A stretch of 63,890 bases of DNA, filler included, from Dugesia japonica (Eukaryota): assembly GCA_001938525.1 (NCBI GenBank). It is 6 parts of 6 records of this genome, joined end to end, with 100 filler letters (N's around TTAATTAATTAA, not from the genome) between each part and the next. Parts side by side here need not be neighbours in the genome. Positions count along the whole stretch, not along the records: positions 45,812 to 55,625 come from MQRL01581727.1; positions 55,726 to 63,890 come from MQRL01604774.1; 4 more parts are not named here. One strand, written 5' to 3'. The notes beneath the pieces were generated by a model. That model was not told the DNA's origin. It did no database searches and was given only the letters and a program-made list of their open reading frames with translations. Position numbers and translations under genes: made by a program. This document shows, in pieces, positions 53,301 to 63,890 of this stretch. Numbering within the stretch: the stretch's first letter is position 1; each line of letters starts with the position of its first letter.

Positions 53301-54225
53301 TAGAAAGAAGTCTGTTGAGCTCGGCAGCGTCTCCTGTCTCAATATTGGGACAACCGGGTGCTTGCTTCGTAAATAATAAATTTTTTAAAAAATAAAAATT
53401 TGACAAAATTAATTTGACGAAAATATAAAAATATTCAACAAAATTAATAGTTGTTAAACAAATTTTATTAACAAACAAAATTAAAAATTTACTGTTTTAA
53501 ATTTTCGATTTGATAATTGAACTTGGATTTGTTTCTGTAGTTTGTTTTCCTTTAGCTTTCTAAAGTTCTTCTTTTATATATCTTTCTTCTTCTTCTACAG
53601 ATATCTTTGCTTTGGGCAAACTTAGCTTTGTAACTAATAATTCTAATATTCTAATGTTATGCATTTCAATATTTTGTTGGCAGTTGTCGAGTCTTCTTTA
53701 ATTTCGATATTTGGTTTAACGTTTGATTTGAATTTTAATTTCAATTAATTATACACTTTTATAACATTTGATGGTTGTCAAGTATATTAAATTTTTTAAT
53801 TTCCATTTTCAATTTGTCTTTGTTCTCCAATTTTTTGTTTTTTCTAATATTTAGCGGTTGCCAAGAATTTGTTTTTAAATTTTTATTGTTTTATTTTAAA
53901 TTCTCAGATCAATACTCGTATTTAATTCGTATAATAATTTATTTTAATTATACACATAAGTGTATCTACATGTATGTGTGTATATACACACACCTTCTTT
54001 GGAAAATAAAAAATAAAACAATTACATTATATAAAACTTCCATCTTAAAGACTGAAGGTTTGTACAACGATTAAAAAAACACGTTCGAATATTTGGATCA
54101 GAATATTTAAACAAGAACATAAATCTGTAAAGTGTACAATAAAATATTTACATCACGTTATGTTTGTTTTTGTTTCTTATTTTTATTTGTTATCTTTTAT
54201 TATCTGTGTACTTTTGTGTAGATTT

Positions 54226-54612
54226 TTACTTGGTTTTATATGTTGAATATGTTACGTGTTTGTTTTCTTTTGGTATATGATATGGTTTGGTTCGTCTGAG
54301 GTTTATTTTTGTTTCTTTTTCATTGATAATAAAGGTTGCGAAATTTTTGTCAACTTTCAAAAGTATGTATGGGCCTGAATATTTTGCTTTAAAGCCACTT
54401 GTGAGAGATTTTTTTGCTAATGCATAGTTTGTCGATAGTATAATTTTATTTGGAGTTTGTGGGTTTGTTCTCTTTAGGATACTCTTTATTTCAATAGGGT
54501 TGGTTCTGTTTCCATTGTTTTCTGCTTTTTCTGTGTTTTTTACTTTGTTTTCTTTTAAGTTCAGGATAGCTGTTTGTTTTTGATTTTGCCACTTTGCTTT
54601 CTTCTGACACAA
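54226..54612 (-). pseudogene. Gypsy integrase C-terminal (GPY/F) fragment
   Basis: FKAKYSGPYILLKV...KINLRRTKPY. Confidence 0.55.
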
Positions 54613-55725
54613 ATTTGTAATGTATTAATTGAGCACTATTCTTAATTTAGTTTTATTTCAATTATATCGTGTAGAAGAGGACTTGTAGGCCCCAATAGTC
54701 TCCGAAATAAGTGTCTGTGTAGGAATACTTGGGGTGAATGTTGTTTCCAACAATTAGATCTTTAACTTATTAAATAGTTTATTTTCTTTATAATTAACTT
54801 ACAATATTTTTAAAAAAATATAAAAATCAAATTAACAAAACTTTTTTCACGAATAATAATTTTATAATTTACTGTTTTAATTTTCTTTAGATAAGGATTT
54901 GATTTGGATATTGACTAATGATTCTGACGGTTGTAAAAAATTAGATCCTTTAATTTAGATTTCTTATTGTTTTAAATTTCGCTTAAGCTATTTTCCAATT
55001 CTATTTTCTTTTCGATTTTCGGAAGTTGCTAAGATTGTATTTTTTAGATTTGTTTTCAAATTTTTAATTTGCAATTCAATTTTTAAAATTCCTGTAATCA
55101 ATAATATATTTATTTTCAAGGTTTTATTTCAGCTTTTTTATTATAATTTGTTTAATTATTATACATGTGTGTATGTATATATACACACATATTATTTACA
55201 TACACTTTTTTTTTAAAAATGAATAAAAAAAATAAAATCAATAACATTACAATATCATATATCAATTAACATTCTGAAGTAATTAATGGACAAGCATATT
55301 AAGGAAATGTACTAAACTGGCATTCATTGAAGAAAAATAGATGAACCGTTAAACAACCTACGTCCAAGCATTCAAATAAAATACTTTAAACAAAAGAATA
55401 AAGCTTAGAAGGCGATATAGTCACTCTTCTGTAATCAGTACACGAACAGGTTATATAGAGTTCGACCCGAAGGGAGTCATTTTAAAAGTTATTTTACAAG
55501 AAACATTAGACCTAAACAGAGTTACGGTTAGTAGATAGATATTGGGAGTAATAGCCAGCACACATTCAGTGGAACCCCCCCCGTGTGTAAAAATTTATTA
55601 CATAAGTGGCTACATATTTTTCTAANNNNNNNNNNNNNNNNNNNNNNNNNNNNNNNNNNNNNNNNNNNNTTAATTAATTAANNNNNNNNNNNNNNNNNNN
55701 NNNNNNNNNNNNNNNNNNNNNNNNN

Positions 55726-56030
55726 ATAGATGTTTATATACAATTCTATTTAGATAACCATTATTTAGAAATTTATTTTTTATCAACCTGATGGAAGTCG
55801 GTCTCATTTCTTCGTTTGAAGATAGTCTTTCAGCTCTTATTTTTTCACCCTTGATTATTCCAATTTTCTGCCTGATGGTAGTATTACTACTCCAAGGTAA
55901 TATAAGTCCAATGTGAAATGGTTTCATATACAACTGTGTAAGTAATAATTTACCAGGTTTTTTTGGATTAAGATGTCCAGAAAAGGAATCTGAAAGTCTA
56001 TTGACTTCTCTAAAGTGAATTTAATGTTGT
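55726..56030 (-). pseudogene. Penelope-like reverse transcriptase C-terminal/thumb fragment
   Basis: IPFLDILI; LYMKPFH..LPWSS..QKIGIIKGEKIRAERLSS...FLNNGY. Confidence 0.75.
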
Positions 56031-56049
56031 CATTGATATTATTAGCTAG

Positions 56050-59000
56050 TTCTAAAATGAATGTTTGTTTGACGATAAAGAAGTTAAAAAGGAAATAAAA
56101 ATGCGAGATATAGAAGATGTTGAAAAAAGGAAAGAAGTTATAATTAAAATTGATGGATTGAAAAAAAGAAATAGAACCAGAACATGGAATATTAGCATTG
56201 AAGAAAAAGGTAACATATGCAACCGTAACGCATAATATTCCAAATTCACATAATCGATTTAATAAACCAAGATTCAGTGGAAATTTAAATAAAAGTAAAA
56301 ACTATGAGCAGAAATATGATTCCAAGATATATCGAAGAAATACCCGAAATTTTACGAGAGGAAACTATGAACCCAATGTTCAGACTTTCAGAGTGAGAAA
56401 ATGTTGGGAATGCAGAGAAGAAGGTTACATACGCTCACATTGTCTTAATGTTAAATGTTCGTATTGTAAGAATCCGGGAAATCTTCGATTTCAATGCCAG
56501 GAAATTAATCCTTTGAGATCTGAAAGAAGACAAATGTACAACAAGCCACAAAGATTTCAAATGAATGCCTATGATGTCGATGATAATGATGATGCCTGTC
56601 CCAGTGGTGGAGTAGATTAAGGAGATTATTCGAGAAANGCCAAAGCTCTGATGAGGGAGGATGCAATTGGAGCTATAAATCTAGGTTAGATAATAATGTT
56701 TTGAAGGCTAATGTATATGATATGAATGCTTGTGAATGTTTGTATGATGTAAATAATAAAAATTATAAAAAAATTGAATGATTTAGTTTGTTTGAATGAA
56801 TGTAAATATTTTTCGATTGATGGTTTATTTAATAAAACTTTAGAATATAAAAAATGAATATTTTATAGGTAATATGGTAATTCCCAATGGTGTTTCAGTC
56901 TTAAATAAGGACTTAAATAATGCGAAATTAAAAAATAATTATGAAGATGAGATTGTGTATAATAAAATGTCACGAAGATTTTGTTTAAAGTTAAAGTTAA
57001 ATGAATGTTGATTAAATTAAATGTTGATTGTTTACTTGATACTGGCGCTAAGATTAATGTGATTGACCATGCAATATTTTTAAAATTAAATATTACTAAA
57101 ATTAAAAGTGAATATATTAATATTACTTGTTCTAATGAAAGTCAATTAAAAATAATAAGAAGTATTATATTAAAGGTTACACTAATAATCAAACAGAATA
57201 CATAAGGTTTTATGTTGCAGAAAATATTTCTCCCAGTGTTATTGCAGGAATTGATTTTCTATCTAAATTTAATATAAAATTAAAAATGCTAAATTATATT
57301 GATAAAGAAATAAATGAAATAAAACTATGAACTTTAAAAATGAAGTGAATACAAGGATTAGTGATATAATTGAATGGTTTTCAGAAATTTCTATGAAAGA
57401 TAAATGGGATGTAGGTAAGGCAACTCTATTAAAACATGAAGTTGTTACTCACGGTGGTCCAGTTGTAGCAAATCCTAGGCGACAACCTATCCATTTAGAA
57501 GATAAAATTAATATGGATATTTTAGAAATGGAAAAAATGGTATAATTAAACAATGTGATTCTGAGTGGAATAGTCCATTAGTTTGTGTTTAGAAGAAAGA
57601 ATAAAAAGACATTAAAATCTTTTTGGATTTTAGATTAATGAATATTATAACGAAGAGACCACTGTTCCCAATACCAAATAAAGGAGAAATGCTTGATATT
57701 TTAAATGGATAAAAATTTTACAACGATAGATTTGGGTAAAGCATATTACCACGAATAATAAGAAGAAAGTTCAAAATACAAAACGACATTTTCCACAAAG
57801 TTTGGTCAATTTTGCTTCAACCGAATGCTTTTTGAAATAGCTGCAGCACCAGCAACATTTCAAAAATTAATGACCAATAAATTGGAAGAAAGCAATTGTT
57901 TATTTTGATTATATACTGATATTTTCTAAAACTGAGAAAGAGGATACAAAAGATTGGAAAATGTTTTTAATCAAATCAAAAATTCAGGTTTAAAATTAAG
58001 TTCTGATAAATGTGTATATATGAAAAGTGAGATTAAGTTTCTGGGCCATATCATTTCAAAAGATGATTTAAAAACATATCCAGAAAAGATAAGAGCAATT
58101 TTTAACACCCTAAGTGTTTGAAAAAACCTCGCGGATTGTTAGGGCTTACAAATTACTACAGAAAATTTATAAGAGATTATTCAAAACACTCCAAGTTAAT
58201 AGAAAATTTATGTGGAAAAAATAACAATAAAAATTAATTTGATCAAACCAATGTAAAGAAAATTTTAAAGAATTAAAACTAGAATTAATGAAGGCTCCTT
58301 TACTGATTTATCCAGATTTATCCAAAGAATTCATACTAGATACATACGATAGTTTTGACACAATTGGTGGAGTATTATCACAGTTAGATAAACAAGGCAA
58401 TGGACGGGTTATAGCTTATATATCAAAAGCAATGAGTAAGCATGAATTAGGTTATTGTATAACCAGAAAGAAGCTTCTAGTAATATATTATTTTAAGAAA
58501 CAGTATAAACACTTCAGTCCTCGTAAAAAAACTGTTCACCCCTATAAAAAGGCAACTTTTAATAAACATTTCGATTTAGTCTAAACTAATTGTTTAAATA
58601 TTTATTTATTGATAAATTATTTAAATAATGTAAGTTATTATAATTTATCTTTTATTGATGTAAAATGACATGGTTTAAGAACAATATAATGTCTAGAAAT
58701 TTAACAGAATTTCATAGAAATGCAAAGTCTTGGACAGAAATAGCTCGTGAATTACGTCAAAAGTACAGCAACACTGTGACAAAACGTGGAATGCAATATC
58801 TATGGAAGATATATCGGAAAATGGGATACGTGCGAGATAAGATGAGAAATGGCAGACCAACTATTGTTTCACCCCAAGCTTCACGAGCTATAACACGCGT
58901 TTGCAAAGCCAATCGCTTATTATCTGTTCATAATATCACCCATACGTACAATACAAGTGCTGTCCAAAATGTTTATGTTATTACTTTTCAGAAAATTCTG

Positions 59001-61100
59001 AACAAGTACAGTTTTCGAAGTTATTCAGCAATTAAGAAGCCATATTTGAAATTGCATCAACGTCTCAGAAAACTTTCCTGGGCCACGACTTACAGTAGTT
59101 GATATGCAGATAAATGGGGTGATGTTGTATTCAGAGACACTTGTATCTTTCAGTCATATTCGTCATCAAGTAAATTATTGATTCGAAGAACCTCATTGGA
59201 AAATTACAATCCTACCTTTATCCAAGTAGTTATGCAACATGGTCCATACATACATGTCTGGGGCTGCTTCAACAGTAATGGAGTTGGACTTCTGAAAAGA
59301 ATCAATGGAAATANNNNNNNNNAGAAATATCAAAAAGAGATACTTCATGATATAGACATAGTTGGTAAATGCTTAGTCTTTCCAAAAGCAGCATTCGTTT
59401 TAAAACATGATTTGGCTCCTCCACATAAGGCAAAAAGTACCCAGGCTTTCCTAAAAAATAGAAATATTGATGTATTACCTTGTCCAGGTAATTCTCCTGA
59501 CCTGAATCCCATAGAAAATATTTGGGGTATCCTTAAACGGAAAGTAAGACCAATGATAAACAATATTTATACCGGAAAAGATTTAAACTTTGAACTGATT
59601 ACAAAGCCATAACATTTATGATTAATACAAAAAAACCAAATTCTCTAAAATTCCAGACATGGATTAGTTATATAAGTAGTTTGGATATGATTATGGAATA
59701 TAAAAAGGGAGAATGTCATTTAAACGCTGACGCAATGTTGAGGAATAATTGCAACACGTGCATTCAATGTCAAATGAATCATGAAAATGCGAAAAAAGGG
59801 AAAATGAAAACAAAGGTCTTAGCAATTGAGCATAAAACAAATGGCAATAAATGGAAAGAGAACTCTGAAGAAATTAATACTACAAAAGGTTACTTAAAAA
59901 ATGATGAAATGAATTCAAAATTTAAGTTTTCAAATGGTATAATAATGACAAATAATAATAAAATTTGGATTCCTTTAAAATGCAATTATTTGTTAGAAAG
60001 GAACACGAATCATTATGCCATATAGGATCTCAAACATTGGCAGCTCATATAAGAGAAGATTACGATATGGAAGGTTTAGAATAAATGGTAAAAGAGGTTA
60101 CTCAAAGTTGTAAAGATTGTCAATTAAGAAAAACACAGAATACTCAAACAAAAGAAAGAATTATTAGTGTTCCAGCTGATGACATCTTTGAAATCATTCA
60201 TATTGATTTTTGTGGTCCGTTTAAGAAAACAATTTATGGAAAACAATACATTTTAGCTATAATTGATACATTCAGTAGATTTATATCTCTTAATACAGTT
60301 TCACATCAAGATGAAAATACCACTGTTACGATATTAAAAATTAATTGGATTTTGAAATATGTTGCACCGAGAATAATACATACAGATTGTGGAAAATCAT
60401 TTGAATCAAATCTATTTCAACAATAAGCTAAGAAATTTAATTGTGAAATCCAATACTCTAGTCCATATCATTATAGTATTAATGGAATAATTGAAAGACA
60501 ATTTCGAACTATAAATGATACAGTTCATATTAGTTTACTGGACAAGAAAAAGCAGGGCTGGGCTGAAGTTTTACCAGAAATAGAATTTATGTTGATCTCC
60601 ACAATTCAGAAAACGACGAATGCAGCTCCAGCTGAAATAGTTTTTGAGAAATATTTACACAAAGAATGGATAGTTAAGAATGATAAAAACAATGTAAATG
60701 AAAGAAATCTATGGCGTAAAAGAATAATAAACAATTTAAATAACTATGAAAATTTCAAAAATTTAGAAAAGAACAATACAGTTAGAAAATTTATTATTGG
60801 TGACGAAGTTTGAATTAAAAGAGAAAGTCCACATAAAAATAAAAACAGATATGAAGGACCAGCAATAATTATAGAGAAAATACATGATAGGAGTTTTAAA
60901 TTAGAACTTACGAATGGTAAAAAAATTATAAGAAATATTGAATGGTTAAAACATTTTAAAATGGGGGAATGTGAGATATGACTAATAATATAATATATCA
61001 TATTGACCTATATATAAGTAAATCGACATATGTATGTGATAATAGGTGAATGCGCGATTGACTGTTTGAATGCGTGTATGATTTTAGTGCTCAGACATTA
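56050..61100 (+). mobile_element. Decayed Ty3/Gypsy LTR retrotransposon (gag-PR-RT-RH-IN, PPT, 3' LTR start at 60970)
   Basis: Two CCHC-like knuckles (about 56402, 56456); LLDTGA; WNSPLVCV, IDLGKAYYH, FLGHII; RNase H RVIAYIS; integrase IHIDFCGPF, IHTDCG, NGIIER, YEGPA; GGGGGAA then TG at 60970. Confidence 0.93.
58515..59555 (+). mobile_element. Tc1-family DD34E transposon (right end missing) inserted in the Gypsy RNase H
   Basis: Left TIR-like CAGTCCTCGTAAAAAAACTGTTCACCCC; GRP motif; VWGCF; HDLAPPH...SPDLNPIE with 34 residues between D and E. The RNase H frame resumes (YLY.KRFKL.TDYKAITF) at about 59564. Confidence 0.9.
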
Positions 61101-61180
61101 TTGCATAACTGATTCCTCAAAAGCTATATATATTTGTTACATTGTAATTTTGTTTTAGAATATATATTTTATGCTTAACA

Positions 61181-61246
<66 letters not shown>

Positions 61247-62199
61247 NNNNNNNNNNNNNNNNNNNNNNNNNNNNNNNNNNNNNNNNNNNNNNNNNNATTA
61301 TTATTATTATTATTATTATTATTAAAATTATTATTATTATTATTAATAAAAATAAACATAAATAAATTAAATTTATAAAAAACATGATAATAAATATTTT
61401 AATACTATAAAAGTTTTAAAAATTCTTAAATTTAATGAAATTTAAAAACATTAATGAAATTTATATTTATCTTAAATATAACACAAATAAAAGAGTAAAC
61501 ATTTATATACAAAAATAAACAAAATATAAAACTTCAATAAATAAAAATTTGAAAAACAATAAAAATAATATAATATTTAATTATAAAAACGTTGTTATAT
61601 ATTTGCCTTTTTAATTGAATAAAATTAATGTAGTTTATGATGATTATAATTAAAATAAATAAATTTTCAAAAATTTTTAAAAATACAATTTAATATTAAA
61701 AAATATAATTTCAATATAATTCAATTTAATTAGATTTTTAAAATTAGATTTAAATATAAAATCTTAATTTGAATGTAATTTAAATTTGTTTGAAATTATC
61801 CAATAAAATTTTAATAAAATATAAAAAACTTTTTAAAATTTTTTTAAAATCGATTTCATCTATTTAAACGTTAATCCAGAAGAAGACAATTGTCGAAATT
61901 TCTAATATCTATACAACAACAATTAAATTTCATCGAATCTATTATTTCAATGAAATTTCAAATGAGATCAATAGCTAAGTCTAGCAATTATTATCTCAAT
62001 AAGTGTAATTGTTAAAGAAGTAAACAGGTAAATTACAAGTAATATTAATAATAAAAATCTGAGGTCTTTATTTTGCAATAATTATATAATTAGTGGTTTT
62101 ACGTATATTCCTTTTTAATTATAATAAATGAATGTATCACATTTCCGTCTTAAATGACTAATTGTATTTGGAATTTGGATTTTTAATAAATCAAGTTTA

Positions 62200-63050
62200 A
62201 TATCTTTTCTTACTGATTTATTTGTTTGTTCCTCTCTTGTTCTGAAGACTTCTACTTTGAGATGTTGTCATCTTGTCATACTTGTTGACGTTTAGAATGT
62301 GTTTGATCTGATTATAGTTTTTCTATATTACTTGCTGACATTTTTCACTTGTTAAGATATAATTCAACCCACTTTTACTTGAAATAATAATGAAGAGTCT
62401 GATAAATCTTTGACCAAATTCTTCTTGTGCTCGTTTCTCACTATTAATCGATCTCTCACATTTATTTTCTTATNCCATCTTGTTCTATCATACTTGTTTG
62501 CTCTTCTATGGCTCCTTGTTTCTATAATCTTTTAAATATAAGCTAGTCATAACTTATTGTCTGAGCCTCATGGTTTTTAGAAATATCGCAAATTTGTAGC
62601 CTTGGTTTAGAACCAAATATAATTTCATACGGTGAATACTTTCATCACATCAAATAGTGCTTAAATTTAAGCACAAACGTGCAAATAGAGAATAGATCTT
62701 TACAATATTAACGCTGACACTTTGTTTAAGATTTACTAGCATAAGCAATAACGTTTTCTTCATTATCTTGAATCTTAGATAAAACAGCTCCTATAAAGTT
62801 GTAGAAAGAATCTGTATCTTAAATATACTCACCATTTTCTCGAGGTAGACATAACGTTGTTGTTGAAATCAATTAGCGTTTGAATTCATAAAACGATGCT
62901 TTTCTTTGCTCTGACCATTCAAACGTAATTTTATTTCAAAGAGCGAAGATAACTCAGCAGACATTGCCGCATAATTTCTGAAGAATTTTATGTAATAGTA
63001 GAAGATTTCTAATAATGTCTCTAGCTCCATTTTACAAGACGGTAGTTCTA
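62200..63050 (-). pseudogene. Possible highly decayed non-LTR (APE endonuclease) remnant
   Basis: Weak motifs VNIVKIYS (IxVYAP-like) and QIKHIL (QIDHIL-like). Confidence 0.25.
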
Positions 63051-63890
63051 CTTTCTTTATTTACATTTAATTTTGATTTCTTTCTTTAAATTCTCTGTCT
63101 TCGTTTTCATACATTGCATTACTTCAGTATTATTCTTATGAAAAGAACGAAAATAAGTAATGTTTTTATCTTCTATTTCTTCCATCGTACAATCTTCATA
63201 TTTAATTGATTCCGTTGCAGCCTTCATTGTTTCTTGGTTTATTACTTGTAGAAAAGTTGCAACTTTCAGAAAAAGTTTGAAACAGTATTTTCTATTTATT
63301 TTAATTAATACTCATAGCATTGATTCTGATTCATTTTACATTATTTACTAGACTTTTACCTCGTTCTTGAAAAATATTGAGAATACATAAAGCTTGAATA
63401 ACTTTAGATCTCTTTAATTTTAAATGTTTAATGAATTTGGCCTTCAAATAATAAACTGATATTTTGTGATTATTAAAATCAGACTGAGACTTGACGTTTT
63501 TAAACTAAATCACTAGAAAGAATTTTGATAAAAATTCCATATTTGGCTTCTTCATTTAATTTTTGTAATTCAATAAATTTTAAAAAACTTCTTATCTTAC
63601 CAATATTTTTATGTAATGGAATATTTTTCTGATCCTCCTTACGATAAACTGTTAATTCTTCTTCGCACAATTTAAATAAATAATTTTCTGCTAGTAATGC
63701 CATATTACAGAAGAAGACCGAAAAATTCCAAGTTTTATTAATAATAAAAATCTGAGAAATATTTAAACAAAAACTAATTCGATAATTAGTTATTATACAT
63801 ATATTCATTTTTAATCATATTAAATGAATAAATCACAATAATCAATGGTATAAACATAGTTATTAACTTTGAAATAAATTGTGAATAATT

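Noticed and set aside
11190-60830. Alternative genetic code (some TGA at expected Trp positions)
   Set aside because: Stops of all three types and frameshifts occur in the decayed elements, while CCT3 reads cleanly in the standard code using TGG; ordinary decay explains it.
63500-63808. ORF possibly a Gypsy gag N-terminus
   Set aside because: No diagnostic motif.

Overview
AT-rich eukaryotic (animal-like) draft-genome DNA. It is not one locus: five artificial 100-bp linkers (44 N + TTAATTAATTAA + 44 N) join six separate contigs, A 1-11087, B 11188-21648, C 21749-30487, D 30588-45711, E 45812-55625 and F 55726-63890. Adjacency is meaningful only within a contig. The one intact host gene is CCT3 (540 aa, four GT-AG introns of 42-45 bp). 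Nearly everything else is decayed mobile DNA: hAT transposases, Penelope-like RT and GIY-YIG fragments, and a Ty3/Gypsy element interrupted by a DD34E Tc1. Two systems stand out. (1) A Polinton/adintovirus-like family in contigs A and D has a protein-primed PolB pseudogene, AGTAG...CTACT termini packed with RFX X-box palindromes, CCAAT boxes and AGGTCA half-sites, a TBP-like gene, and small spliced genes with host-sized micro-introns. A duplicated unknown 'QWLDP' protein lies nearby in D. (2) In contig B a chuvirus-type glycoprotein sits in frame with Gypsy RT/RNase H and is followed by extra ORFs and an LTR-like junction. All family calls come from motif recognition by eye; no searches were run.
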